From assembly GCF_024502345.1 (NCBI RefSeq), contig NZ_JALDNN010000001.1: DNA of 64,000 nt. The stretch is one strand, 5' to 3'. Shown here in pieces: positions 30,303 through 41,182 of this stretch. This stretch comes from Escherichia coli (GTDB taxonomy: Bacteria > Pseudomonadota > Gammaproteobacteria > Enterobacterales > Enterobacteriaceae). Within the stretch, counting starts at the first letter, position 1. Every line of letters begins with the position of its first letter. Below the pieces are notes generated by a model. The model did not search any database and had not been told where the DNA came from. It saw only the letters and a list, made by a program, of their open reading frames with translations. A program made the translations under genes and the position numbers.

Positions 30303-31765
30303 TCAATCGTCAACTTTCACGTCTGCTGTTGTGCAGCATTCTCGGCAGCACGACGCTGATTTCCGGCTGTGCCCTGGTACGCAAGGATTCTGCGCCTCAT
30401 CAACAGCTCAAACCGGAACAAATCAAACTGGCCGATGATATTCATCTTGCCAGCTCCGGCTGGCCGCAGGCGCAGTGGTGGAAACAACTCAATGACCCAC
30501 AGCTGGATGCGCTGATCCAACGGACGCTAAGTGGTTCACACACCCTCGCCGAAGCGAAACTGCGGGAAGAAAAAGCGCAGTCCCAGGCCGATTTGTTAGA
30601 TGCCGGTTCACAATTACAGGTCGCAGCGTTAGGGATGCTCAACCGCCAACGCGTCTCGGCGAACGGCTTTTTAAGCCCTTATGCGATGGATGCGCCCGCA
30701 CTGGGTATGGACGGGCCGTACTATACGGAAGCCACAGTAGGTTTGTTTGCCGGACTGGATCTTGATTTGTGGGGTGTGCATCGCTCAGCGGTTGCCGCCG
30801 CCATTGGCGCGCATAATGCCGCGCTGGCAGAAACCGCAGCAGTAGAGCTATCGCTGACCACGGGCGTAGCGCAGCTTTATTACAGTATGCAGGCCAGCTA
30901 TCAGATGCTCGATCTGTTAGAACAAACTCGCGATGTGATTGATTACGCGGTGAAAGCGCACCAGAGTAAAGTGGCGCACGGTCTGGAAGCACAAGTGCCT
31001 TTCCACGGCGCGCGGGCACAGATTCTGGCGGTCGATAAACAAATTGCTGCCGTCAAAGGGCAAATCACCGAAACGCGAGAATCTCTGCGTGCATTGATTG
31101 GCGCGGGGGCCAGCGATATGCCGGAGATCAAACCGGTGGCATTACCACGAGTCCAGACCGGCATTCCGGCGACACTCTCTTATGAGTTGCTCGCCAGACG
31201 CCCGGATCTGCAAGCCATGCGCTGGTATGTTCAGGCGTCATTAGATCAGGTGGATTCCGCGCGGGCGCTGTTCTACCCGAGCTTTGATATCAAAGCGTTT
31301 TTCGGCCTTGATGCCATCCACCTGGATACCTTATTCAAAAAAACCAGTCGCCAGTTCAACTTCATCCCGGGTCTGAAATTGCCGCTGTTTGACGGTGGAC
31401 GGTTGAATGCCAATCTCGAAGGCACGCGCGCCGCCAGCAACATGATGATTGAACGTTACAACCAGTCAGTACTGAACGCGGTGCGTGACGTTGCCGTCAA
31501 CGGCACGCGTCTGCAAACGCTCAACGACGAGCGAGAAATGCAGGCTGAACGCGTGGAAGCAACGCGCTTCACCCAGCGCGCTGCCGAGGCCGCCTATCAG
31601 CGCGGCTTAACCAGCCGCTTACAGGCCACTGAAGCCCGGTTGCCAGTACTTGCCGAAGAGATGTCATTACTGATGCTGGACAGCCGCCGGGTGATCCAAA
31701 GCATTCAGTTGATGAAATCGCTGGGCGGCGGGTATCAGGCGGCTCCCGTCGTCGAGAAAAAATAA
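30299..31765 (+). CDS. mdtP: Outer-membrane efflux lipoprotein (TolC/OMF family)
   Basis: 488-aa ORF with lipoprotein signal (LISGCAL). Confidence 0.9.
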   Translation: MINRQLSRLLLCSILGSTTLISGCALVRKDSAPHQQLKPEQIKLADDIHLASSGWPQAQWWKQLNDPQLDALIQRTLSGSHTLAEAKLREEKAQSQADLLDAGSQLQVAALGMLNRQRVSANGFLSPYAMDAPALGMDGPYYTEATVGLFAGLDLDLWGVHRSAVAAAIGAHNAALAETAAVELSLTTGVAQLYYSMQASYQMLDLLEQTRDVIDYAVKAHQSKVAHGLEAQVPFHGARAQILAVDKQIAAVKGQITETRESLRALIGAGASDMPEIKPVALPRVQTGIPATLSYELLARRPDLQAMRWYVQASLDQVDSARALFYPSFDIKAFFGLDAIHLDTLFKKTSRQFNFIPGLKLPLFDGGRLNANLEGTRAASNMMIERYNQSVLNAVRDVAVNGTRLQTLNDEREMQAERVEATRFTQRAAEAAYQRGLTSRLQATEARLPVLAEEMSLLMLDSRRVIQSIQLMKSLGGGYQAAPVVEKK

Positions 31766-31895
31766 AATGTCTGCCGCGTGATGGCTGTCACGCGGTATTT
31801 CGTTTCGTCACGTCAAAACTGACGACAGCCTGTTTTTCGTCAGAGTTTTGAATAAATAGTGCCCGTAATATCAGGGAATGACCCCAAATAAAATG

Positions 31896-31911
31896 TGGCA
31901 TAAAAGATGCA
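31896..31911 (+). promoter_or_regulatory. Sigma54 (-24/-12) promoter of fdhF
   Basis: TGGCAT-N6-TGCAT with GG and GC 12 bp apart, about 50 bp upstream of the fdhF ATG; upstream inverted repeats near 31795-31850 are candidate FhlA sites. Confidence 0.6.
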
Positions 31912-31962
31912 TACTGTAGTCGAGAGCGCGTATGCGTGATTTGATTAACTGGAGCGAGACCG

Positions 31963-34110
31963 ATGAAAAAAGTCGTCACGGTTTGCCCCTATTGCGCATC
32001 AGGTTGCAAAATCAACCTGGTCGTCGATAACGGCAAAATCGTCCGGGCGGAGGCAGCGCAGGGGAAAACCAACCAGGGTACCCTGTGTCTGAAGGGTTAT
32101 TATGGCTGGGATTTCATTAACGATACCCAGATCCTGACCCCGCGCCTGAAAACCCCCATGATCCGTCGCCAGCGTGGCGGCAAACTCGAACCTGTTTCCT
32201 GGGATGAGGCACTGAATTACGTTGCCGAGCGCCTGAGCGCCATCAAAGAGAAGTACGGTCCGGATGCCATCCAGACGACCGGCTCCTCGCGTGGTACGGG
32301 TAACGAAACCAACTATGTAATGCAAAAATTTGCGCGCGCCGTTATTGGTACCAATAACGTTGACTGCTGCGCTCGTGTCTGACACGGCCCATCGGTTGCA
32401 GGTCTGCACCAATCGGTCGGTAATGGCGCAATGAGCAATGCTATTAACGAAATTGATAATACCGATTTAGTGTTCGTTTTCGGGTACAACCCGGCGGATT
32501 CCCACCCAATCGTGGCGAATCACGTAATTAACGCTAAACGTAACGGGGCGAAAATTATCGTCTGCGATCCGCGCAAAATTGAAACCGCGCGCATTGCTGA
32601 CATGCACATTGCACTGAAAAACGGCTCGAACATCGCGCTGTTGAATGCGATGGGCCATGTCATTATTGAAGAAAATCTGTATGACAAAGCGTTCGTCGCT
32701 TCACGTACAGAAGGCTTTGAAGAGTATCGTAAAATCGTTGAAGGCTACACACCGGAGTCGGTTGAAGATATCACCGGCGTCAGCGCCAGTGAGATTCGTC
32801 AGGCGGCACGGATGTATGCCCAGGCGAAAAGCGCCGCCATCCTGTGGGGCATGGGTGTAACCCAGTTCTACCAGGGCGTGGAAACCGTGCGTTCTCTGAC
32901 CAGCCTCGCGATGCTGACCGGTAACCTCGGTAAGCCGTATGCGGGTGTAAACCCGGTTCGTGGTCAGAACAACGTGCAGGGTGCCTGCGATATGGGCGCG
33001 CTGCCGGATACGTATCCGGGATACCAGTACGTGAAAGATCCGGCTAACCGCGAGAAATTCGCCAAAGCCTGGGGCGTGGAAAGCCTGCCTGCTCATACCG
33101 GTTATCGCATCAGCGAGCTGCCGCACCGCGCAGCGCATGGCGAAGTGCGTGCCGCGTACATTATGGGCGAAGATCCGCTACAAACTGACGCGGAGCTGTC
33201 GGCAGTACGTAAAGCCTTTGAAGATCTGGAACTGGTCATCGTTCAGGACATCTTTATGACCAAAACCGCGTCGGCGGCGGATGTTATTTTACCGTCAACG
33301 TCGTGGGGCGAGCATGAAGGCGTGTTTACTGCGGCTGACCGTGGCTTCCAGCGTTTCTTCAAAGCAGTTGAACCGAAATGGGATCTGAAAACGGACTGGC
33401 AAATCATCAGTGAAATCGCCACCCGTATGGGTTATCCGATGCACTACAACAACACCCAGGAGATCTGGGATGAGTTGCGTCATCTGTGCCCGGATTTCTA
33501 CGGTGCGACTTACGAGAAAATGGGCGAACTGGGCTTCATTCAGTGGCCTTGCCGCGATACTTCAGATGCCGATCAGGGGACTTCTTATCTGTTTAAAGAG
33601 AAGTTTGATACCCCGAACGGTCTGGCGCAGTTCTTCACCTGCGACTGGGTAGCGCCAATCGACAAACTCACCGACGAGTACCCGATGGTACTGTCAACGG
33701 TGCGTGAAGTTGGTCACTACTCTTGCCGTTCGATGACCGGTAACTGTGCGGCACTGGCGGCGCTGGCTGATGAACCTGGCTACGCACAAATCAATACCGA
33801 AGACGCCAAACGTCTGGGTATTGAAGATGAGGCATTGGTTTGGGTGCACTCGCGTAAAGGCAAAATTATCACCCGTGCGCAGGTCAGCGATCGTCCGAAC
33901 AAAGGAGCGATTTACATGACCTACCAGTGGTGGATTGGTGCCTGTAACGAGCTGGTTACCGAAAACTTAAGCCCGATTACGAAAACGCCGGAATACAAAT
34001 ACTGCGCCGTGCGCGTCGAGCCGATCGCCGATCAGCGCGCCGCCGAGCAGTACGTGATTGACGAGTACAACAAGTTGAAAACTCGCCTGCGCGAAGCGGC
34101 ACTGGCGTAA
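31963..34110 (+). CDS. fdhF: Formate dehydrogenase H, selenocysteine-containing molybdoenzyme
   Basis: Two tool ORFs (31963..32382 and 32431..34110) are one frame joined through in-frame TGA at 32380-32382 (codon 140); N-terminal Cys cluster CPYCASGC. Confidence 0.93.
32380..32425 (+). other. UGA selenocysteine codon plus downstream SECIS hairpin
   Basis: In-frame TGA immediately followed by cacggcccatcggttgcaggtctgcaccaatcggtcgg, which can fold as a stem-loop. Confidence 0.7.
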
Positions 34111-34123
34111 TACAGTCCTTTCT

Positions 34124-34152
34124 ACAGCCTCCTTTCGGAGGCTGTTTTTTTA
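34124..34152 (+). terminator. Rho-independent terminator after fdhF
   Basis: Stem acagcctcc/ggaggctgt followed by a 7-T run. Confidence 0.7.
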
Positions 34153-34203
34153 TCCATTCGAACTCTTTATACTGGTTACTCCCTACCCAATCGTATTATC
34201 AAA

Positions 34204-34893
34204 ATGAAAAAAATTATCGCATTGATGTTGTTTTTGACATTCTTTGCCCACTCCAACGACTCCGAGCCTGGCAGCCAGTATTTAAAGGCAGCAGAGGCCG
34301 GGGACCGACGCGCACAATATTTTCTTGCCGACAGCTGGTTTAGCTCCGGCGATTTGAGCAAAGCCGAATATTGGGCACAGAAAGCCGCCGACAGCGGTGA
34401 TGCTGATGCCTGCGCGCTGCTGGCGCAGATCAAAATCACCAATCCGGTCAGTCTGGACTATCCACAAGCAAAAGTTCTTGCAGAGAAAGCGGCGCAAGCG
34501 GGCAGTAAAGAAGGTGAAGTAACGCTGGCGCATATTCTGGTAAATACTCAAGCGGGTAAACCGGATTATCCAAAGGCAATTTCGCTGTTAGAAAACGCCT
34601 CGGAAGATCTGGAGAACGACTCTGCCGTCGATGCCCAAATGCTGCTTGGTTTGATTTACGCCAACGGCGTGGGCATTAAGGCCGACGATGACAAGGCAAC
34701 CTGGTATTTCAAACGCAGCTCTGCAATTTCCCGAACCGGTTATTCCGAGTACTGGGCGGGAATGATGTTCTTAAACGGTGAGGAAGGTTTTATCGAGAAG
34801 AACAAACAAAAGGCGCTGCACTGGTTGAACCTGAGCTGTATGGAAGGGTTTGATACCGGGTGTGAAGAGTTTGAAAAATTAACCAACGGTTAA
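34204..34893 (+). CDS. yjcO: Secreted Sel1/TPR-like repeat protein
   Basis: 229-aa ORF with signal peptide and repeated AxxWxxKAAxxG-type motifs. Confidence 0.85.
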   Translation: MKKIIALMLFLTFFAHSNDSEPGSQYLKAAEAGDRRAQYFLADSWFSSGDLSKAEYWAQKAADSGDADACALLAQIKITNPVSLDYPQAKVLAEKAAQAGSKEGEVTLAHILVNTQAGKPDYPKAISLLENASEDLENDSAVDAQMLLGLIYANGVGIKADDDKATWYFKRSSAISRTGYSEYWAGMMFLNGEEGFIEKNKQKALHWLNLSCMEGFDTGCEEFEKLTNG

Positions 34894-34894
34894 G

Positions 34895-35158
34895 GTAGGC
34901 CTGATAAGACGCGTTAAGCGTCGCATCAGGCGTTGATGTCGGATGCGGCGTAAACGCCTTATCCGACCTACAAAATCACGCTAAATCAGGCTATTGCGCT
35001 GTCTGGCGTAGGCCTGATAAGACGCGGCAAGCGTCGCATCAGGCATTGATGTCGGATGCGGCGTAAACGCCTTATCCGACCTACAAAATCACGCTAAATC
35101 AGGCTATTGCGCTGTCTGACGTAGGCCTGATAAGACGCACCAGCGTCGCATCAGGCAT
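34895..35158. repeat. Tandem BIME/REP array (two ~114-bp units plus a partial third)
   Basis: Near-identical units taggcctgataagacgc...gcgtcgcatcaggc...gtcggatgcggcgtaaacgccttatccgacctacaaaatcacgctaaatcaggctattgcgctgtctg. Confidence 0.85.
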
Positions 35159-35195
35159 CCACACATTGCCGGGGGATAACCCCGGCAATCTTCAA

Positions 35196-36509
35196 TTATT
35201 GATCCGCAGTTTTATCAAATTTGCCCAGCACTTCACGCTCATAAGCCAGCGCCTTTTTGCGGTCAAATTTGTGTTCCCACTTGGCAATCACCAGCACCGC
35301 CAGCGCATTACCCACCACGTTCAGCGCAGTACGCGCCATGTCGAGGATACGGTCAACACCAGCAATAAACGCCAGACCTTCCAGCGGAATACCTACGCTA
35401 CCCAGCGTTGCCAGCAACACCACAAACGACACGCCCGGCACGCCAGCAATCCCTTTCGAGGTCACCATCAGCGTCAGCACCAGAATGATTTCCTGCCAGA
35501 TGGACAGGTCAATGCCATACAGCTGAGCGATGAAAATAGCGGCAATACTTTGATACAGCGTCGAACCATCAAGGTTAAAAGAGTAACCGGTCGGCACCAC
35601 GAAGCTGGTGATCGACGCCGGTGCTCCGTAGGCTTCCATCTTCTCAATAATTCGCGGCAGTACGCTTTCAGAGCTGGCAGTGGAGTACGCCAGAATCAGC
35701 TCATCTTTCAGAATACGAATCAGGATCCAGACGCTTAACCCGCACAGGCGCGCCACAATTCCCAGCACTACCAGCGCGAAAAACAGAATGGCGAAATGCA
35801 CCAGCAGCACCAGTTTCGCCAGTGGCCACAGAGAAGAGAAACCAAAGTTAGCCACCGTCACCGCAATCAGCGCAAACACACCCACCGGTGCATAACGCAT
35901 CACCATGTGAGTCACTTTAAACATGGTTTCAGAGATGGAGCGGAACACGGTCACCAGCGGTTCACGATGCGTCGCGGGCAGGGAGGAAAGCCCCAGACCA
36001 AACAGCACCGAGAAGAAGATGATCGGCAGCATTTCGCCTTTCGCCATCGACGCCACAATGTTCGTCGGCACCAGCGACAAAATCGTGCCCATAATGCCGT
36101 GGGAACTGCTTTGTACCGCTTCCGTAGTGCTCTGATATTTCGAGATATCGACGGTCGCCAGCTGCGACATATCCACCCCGGCACCGGGCTGGAAGACGTT
36201 CGCCAGAGTGATCCCCAAAATGATGGCGACGGTGGTGATCACCTCGAAGTAAATAATGGTTTTCGCGCCAATACGCCCGAGCTGTTTGGCATCACCCACA
36301 CCCGCGATACCCACCACCAGCGTGGAGATCACAATCGGCACAACAATCATTTTAATCAGATGGATGAAGATATCACCCGCCGGAGAGAGCAAATTGACGA
36401 CCAGCCAGTCGCGGCTGTCGCTATGGTAGTGCAGGTAGCTTCCCAGGAGAATGCCCAGCACCATAGCAAACAGAATCTGCCAGGCCAGGCTGAATTTTAT
36501 ACTTTTCAT
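35196..36509 (-). CDS. gltP: Glutamate/aspartate:proton symporter (DAACS family)
   Basis: 437-aa membrane ORF. Confidence 0.93.
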   Translation of the reverse strand: MKSIKFSLAWQILFAMVLGILLGSYLHYHSDSRDWLVVNLLSPAGDIFIHLIKMIVVPIVISTLVVGIAGVGDAKQLGRIGAKTIIYFEVITTVAIILGITLANVFQPGAGVDMSQLATVDISKYQSTTEAVQSSSHGIMGTILSLVPTNIVASMAKGEMLPIIFFSVLFGLGLSSLPATHREPLVTVFRSISETMFKVTHMVMRYAPVGVFALIAVTVANFGFSSLWPLAKLVLLVHFAILFFALVVLGIVARLCGLSVWILIRILKDELILAYSTASSESVLPRIIEKMEAYGAPASITSFVVPTGYSFNLDGSTLYQSIAAIFIAQLYGIDLSIWQEIILVLTLMVTSKGIAGVPGVSFVVLLATLGSVGIPLEGLAFIAGVDRILDMARTALNVVGNALAVLVIAKWEHKFDRKKALAYEREVLGKFDKTADQ

Positions 36510-36850
36510 CAGAATAACTTCCTCAATGGAGCGCCGTTCCCCGTTCAGAAACGCGAGAACGTGACATACTGCCAGGGCATGAATTGTGTTGCGTTGGTTT
36601 GTAGATTTTTTTAACGCTTATGATCAGTATCATTTGCGCGGTATGTTGCGCAACCCTTTAACAACAGAGCTTTTCGCTGCATTAATGCATAATAACGCGA
36701 GTTTATGGCAGGATTAATGAATAACCATTTGTTATGGAAAGATTTTTATTTGTTTAATCTGCAATAATACTGATTAGTGATTATTTTTGGCATATGTTTA
36801 TTCGATTATTTTTTATGCAGCTCAATAACATAATCTTCATCACCAGATGA

Positions 36851-37447
36851 TTAATCCGATCTCCGCTGCAACAATTTCGCCATATTAATCGACTCGACCA
36901 GCTGTGTCCGGTTGATTCGGGGTGAGTTGAGATCCATCACTTTTTGCCATAGTTCGATGGCTTGCGCGTAATTCGCCTGCATAAACGCATCGGAAGCCAG
37001 CAGCATCAGAGCGGTGATTTCGTTAGAGTCCAGCGCGAGGGCTTTATCGATCATTGCGCGAGTCTGGGCGGTCATATGCTGGCTGGCCTGGTAATAAAGC
37101 ACCGTCGCCAGCGCCGCATACAGTTCAGCGTTCTCACCACGTAGTTGCAACGCCTGACGATACGCCAGCAGCGAATTGCTGTAATCGTTTTGCCACAGAT
37201 AATACTCGCCCAGTAACGCCCACTGTTCGCTGTTTTGTGGATTAGCGCGGATTTTATCCTGTAATGCCTGAAGCTGCGCTTCCGGGGTTTGCTTGCTGGC
37301 AAACTGATGTAGCGGATCGCGCTGACGCTGATACTCCGCACGTACCGCCTGCCATTTTGGGCTTAACAGATAACTGCCGACACAGAGAAATACCATCAAT
37401 ATCGTGAGTGTTGTCAGCATTTTCACCGGTATTTTGGGCTGTTTCAT
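36851..37447 (-). CDS. nrfG: TPR-repeat cytochrome c maturation accessory protein
   Basis: 198-aa product from [14 protein letters not shown]; TPR repeats. Confidence 0.88.
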   Translation of the reverse strand: MKQPKIPVKMLTTLTILMVFLCVGSYLLSPKWQAVRAEYQRQRDPLHQFASKQTPEAQLQALQDKIRANPQNSEQWALLGEYYLWQNDYSNSLLAYRQALQLRGENAELYAALATVLYYQASQHMTAQTRAMIDKALALDSNEITALMLLASDAFMQANYAQAIELWQKVMDLNSPRINRTQLVESINMAKLLQRRSD

Positions 37448-37827
37448 CGCTTCGCCCTCACTCGCCAGAGGATCAGTGCCATCAGCAGTAACAACACCAC
37501 TGGCAGCGCCCACAACACCAGCGTCTGACCCGTTAACGGTGGGTTATAGCGAACAAAATCTCCGTAGCGTTCGGTCATCCAGCCAATGATTTCGACTTCG
37601 TTCTTCCCCTCCGCCACCATGCTGTAAACCTGATGGCGCATACTGACTGCCACCGGCGCGTTGGATTCCAGTAAGTTTTGATTCTGGCACTGCGGACAAC
37701 GTAACTGGCTGGCAATATTTAACGCCTGTTGCTGTTGTTGCGGATTGGCGAATTGCCAGGTGTCTACGACCTGAGCGCGCGCAAAACAGGTAAATAACAG
37801 CAGTAGCGTGAGAAGCCCTTTATTCAT
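37444..37827 (-). CDS. nrfF: Cytochrome c-type biogenesis protein (CcmH-like)
   Basis: 127-aa ORF with CPQC motif. Confidence 0.88.
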   Translation of the reverse strand: MNKGLLTLLLLFTCFARAQVVDTWQFANPQQQQQALNIASQLRCPQCQNQNLLESNAPVAVSMRHQVYSMVAEGKNEVEIIGWMTERYGDFVRYNPPLTGQTLVLWALPVVLLLLMALILWRVRAKR

Positions 37828-39502
37828 CGCGCTTCTTCCCCCGCCATCCGCTTAACAATGCGCCCGCAATCATCAACAATCCTCCCCCCCAGATCCAGCG
37901 CACACCGCTTTGTACATACAAACGAAAAGCGTAACGATCCGCTCCGGTTTTTTCACCCATGACCGCATACCAGTCATGGATGCCGTTCCAGCGAATTGAC
38001 GGTTCCATCATTTGCTGACGACGTGCTTCGTAAAAACGCCGCTCCGGCATTAGTTCACCAATGCGTTGCTGATGGTCAAACAGTGCCACTATCGCTTTTT
38101 CGCTGGTGTAATTGCCTTTGGCTTGCAGATCGAGGCGCTCAAAACGGAAGGTGTATCCTGCCAGCGTCACCTGCTGACCCGGCTGTAAATTCAGGCTGAT
38201 CTCCTGACGGCTGACGCTGGAAACCACGATCCCCGCGGCAAATAACAGCACGCCCGCATGAGCTACCAGCGCCGGAAGCTGCACGCGTTTGCCAGAGACA
38301 AACGTCGCCAGCACAATCACCACCAGCATCAACAGGCCAAACGGTAACGTCGCGCGGTTAAAATACGGCGCGCCAACGGAGAGGCGTCCCCAGCCCAGCA
38401 GGCCGTAAATCATCGGATAAAGCGTTCCCACCAGCACGATCAGTAGCACTGCGCAAAACAGCAACAGCGTAGCGAGGATTAACATTTCCCGCGATAACCC
38501 CGAAAAACGCACCACCGCACCACCGTCCCGCGCTCGCCAGCCATACAGAGCCAGAGACGCAAGGCTAATCAGTGCAAACAGGCTGAACAACGGCACGGCG
38601 CGGACGTTATCCAGTGCGAACGCATGAACCGAAACCAGAATGCCAGAACGGACAATTAAGGTACCCAGTAGCGACAGCATCAGAGTTACTATCGCCAGCA
38701 ACAGCGACCAGTGGCGGAAAATCTCCCGCTGGCGTGTCAGGGACAAACTGTGCAGCAGCGCAGTGGCAGAAAGCCAGGGTAATAAAGAGGCGTTTTCCAC
38801 CGGATCCCAGAACCACCAGCCGCCCCAGCCCAGTTCGCAATAGGCCCACCAGGAACCGAGGATGATCCCCGCCGTTAATGCGCTCCAGCCAGGTAGTGCC
38901 CAGCGCCAACAAATTCTGGCGCAGGCACCATCAAACTCGCCGCGCAGTAAACTCGCCAGCGCCACGCTCGCCGCCACCATCAAACCGCCATAGCCAAGGT
39001 AAAGCAGCGGCGGATGAAAGATAAGACCGGGATGTTGCAGCATCGGATTGAGATCGCGGCCTTCGATTGCTGGTGGAAATATCCGCACGAAGGGATCGGA
39101 CCACAGCACCACAAACAGTAGCAGTGCGGCGAGCATGAGAGATAAAACGGCTAACGTCAGCGGAAATAGCGGATCGGTTTGCTGCCGATAATGCCAGGCA
39201 AACAGCGCGCTCCAGGCGGAAAGCAGCAGCACCCAAAGCAGCAGCGAACCTTCATGGCCGCCCCACACCGCTGCCAGCTTGAGTTCCCACGACAGCAGGC
39301 TATAGCTATGTTGCGCGACATAAATGACCGAGAAATCGCTGATGAGAAAACAATACGTCAGTACGCCAAAGGCGAGCAGCAGGAGCGCGAACTGCGCCAG
39401 AATGCCGATGCAAGTGAGTCGCATCATGGCAGGCCAGCGCAACCGCACTCCCGCAAAGGCCGTCAACGGGGTCAACACGTTGACCCCGAGACTTAACAAC
39501 AA
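37820..39502 (-). CDS. nrfE: Heme lyase for NrfA (CcmF-like)
   Basis: About 552-560-aa polytopic membrane ORF; exact start uncertain. Confidence 0.85.
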   Translation of the reverse strand: MLLSLGVNVLTPLTAFAGVRLRWPAMMRLTCIGILAQFALLLLAFGVLTYCFLISDFSVIYVAQHSYSLLSWELKLAAVWGGHEGSLLLWVLLLSAWSALFAWHYRQQTDPLFPLTLAVLSLMLAALLLFVVLWSDPFVRIFPPAIEGRDLNPMLQHPGLIFHPPLLYLGYGGLMVAASVALASLLRGEFDGACARICWRWALPGWSALTAGIILGSWWAYCELGWGGWWFWDPVENASLLPWLSATALLHSLSLTRQREIFRHWSLLLAIVTLMLSLLGTLIVRSGILVSVHAFALDNVRAVPLFSLFALISLASLALYGWRARDGGAVVRFSGLSREMLILATLLLFCAVLLIVLVGTLYPMIYGLLGWGRLSVGAPYFNRATLPFGLLMLVVIVLATFVSGKRVQLPALVAHAGVLLFAAGIVVSSVSRQEISLNLQPGQQVTLAGYTFRFERLDLQAKGNYTSEKAIVALFDHQQRIGELMPERRFYEARRQQMMEPSIRWNGIHDWYAVMGEKTGADRYAFRLYVQSGVRWIWGGGLLMIAGALLSGWRGKKRDE

Positions 39503-39557
39503 CGCCAGAAAACCGACTTCAGGAAGGAATACGTCCAGAAACCACCTCTTTTCTGGC

Positions 39558-40514
39558 TTACGCCACCGTCAACTGTCCGGCGTAGAGAATGAAAAAGCGC
39601 AGCATCAACACGCCGACCAGACTGGCCCCACACGCCGCCAGCACGGCAGGAATGCCGGAACTGCGATTGACCCACGGTTTGAGCAACATTGGCACAATCA
39701 GCCCCAGCCCGGCGACACCAAGCCAGAACCACCACGTCCAGAAACCGCCACCTAATGCCGCCACCAGCGCACGCACTTTACCGTCATCGCCCAGCGCCAG
39801 ACCGACAAAAAACGCCACCAGCAGGAAGATTTCACCCCATACCACGGGGATTTCCATACGGTGTACAAACTGCGCTTCCGTGGAATGCGGGTTACTGCGT
39901 TGGCGTATCGCCATGGCGATCAGCGCCACCGCCGCACCGGACGAGATGCCGGAGAAGAGGAACAGCACCGGCAGGATCGGGTTATTGAGGAACGGATACG
40001 ATTTCAGCGCCGACAGTAGAAAGCCGGTATAAGCCCCCAACAACACCGCCAACACCAGCATCAATGTTTCCAGTCCGCGATGAACGGGCGTCAGCAGGCT
40101 CAGAACCTTTTGCACGATCCCCAGCTTCGGCAACCAGCGTTGTTGCAGGGCAAGCAAATCATGTTCAAAGATTTTCGCCAGCCACAGCACCAGCACCACC
40201 ATGTAGAGCTGAAACAGCATCACCCCCATCGACATCACCGAGGTAAAACTGTAGTGGAACATCAGCTTCCAGAAGGTCCACGGTCTTGTCAGGTGGAAGA
40301 CGAGGATCAACAGACCGAGGATCACCGCGCCCGGCCCGACAATCAGCGTGGTGCGCAGCAACGTACTGTCTGCACCGCCCGCCTGCGGGTAGAAGCGACG
40401 TAACAGCACGGCCAGCGTCACCAGACCGGCAGAAATACCAATCAAAAACAGGTAGATGGCAATCGGCCAGTCCCACACCAGCGATTCAAAATGAAATGCG
40501 GAAGTCTGCGTCAT
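39558..40514 (-). CDS. nrfD: Membrane quinol-oxidising subunit (NrfD family)
   Basis: 318-aa polytopic ORF. Confidence 0.9.
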   Translation of the reverse strand: MTQTSAFHFESLVWDWPIAIYLFLIGISAGLVTLAVLLRRFYPQAGGADSTLLRTTLIVGPGAVILGLLILVFHLTRPWTFWKLMFHYSFTSVMSMGVMLFQLYMVVLVLWLAKIFEHDLLALQQRWLPKLGIVQKVLSLLTPVHRGLETLMLVLAVLLGAYTGFLLSALKSYPFLNNPILPVLFLFSGISSGAAVALIAMAIRQRSNPHSTEAQFVHRMEIPVVWGEIFLLVAFFVGLALGDDGKVRALVAALGGGFWTWWFWLGVAGLGLIVPMLLKPWVNRSSGIPAVLAACGASLVGVLMLRFFILYAGQLTVA

Positions 40515-41182
40515 TGGCTCACCTCCCCGTATTTAAACGGTACGCGGTACAGCTTCGGTTTGGTTCCCAGCGCCAGCTTGTAGCGGTAAGTAGGCTTCTG
40601 GCGCAGCAGTTGCGAAATCTCACTGTTAGGATCGTCCAGATTGCCAAACGTCAGCGCCTTCGTCGGGCAAGCCTCAACGCACGCGGGCAGCTTACCGGCC
40701 TGCAAATTGGTTTTACGGCAGAAATCGCATTTGTCCGCCGTCTTCGTGACCGGATGGATAAAGCGCACGCGGTACGGACAGGCGGCGATGCAGTACTGAC
40801 AACCGACGCAGAGATCAGGATTAACATCGACAATCCCGCTAGCGGCATCACGAAAAGACGCACCGGTCGGGCAGACGTCAACGCACGGCGCATGATCGCA
40901 GTGCTGGCAAGACTTACGGAAGAAGCGATATTTCACATCAGGAAATTCGCCCTGCGGCTCGCTACGAATAATCGTCAGGCGCGAGACGCCTTCCGGCACC
41001 TTGTTCACTTCCCGACAAGCATCCATACAGGCGGTACAGCCGATGCATAACGACTCGTCATGCACCATGCCGTAACGCACCCCATTGATATTCAACGTTT
41101 TCGCCACCACGCGCCCTGCGGTGCCGCTGACGGCTGCCAGCACGCCGACGCCGGTGAGAAACTGGCGACGAGACCAGGTCAT
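40511..41182 (-). CDS. nrfC: 4Fe-4S ferredoxin-type subunit with Tat signal
   Basis: [11 protein letters not shown] Tat motif and multiple CxxCxxCxxxCP clusters. Confidence 0.92.
   Translation of the reverse strand: MTWSRRQFLTGVGVLAAVSGTAGRVVAKTLNINGVRYGMVHDESLCIGCTACMDACREVNKVPEGVSRLTIIRSEPQGEFPDVKYRFFRKSCQHCDHAPCVDVCPTGASFRDAASGIVDVNPDLCVGCQYCIAACPYRVRFIHPVTKTADKCDFCRKTNLQAGKLPACVEACPTKALTFGNLDDPNSEISQLLRQKPTYRYKLALGTKPKLYRVPFKYGEVSQ

Noticed and set aside
35796-36614. 272-aa plus-strand ORF rich in His/Arg/Gln opposite gltP
   Set aside because: Compositionally aberrant frame antisense to the gltP transporter gene.
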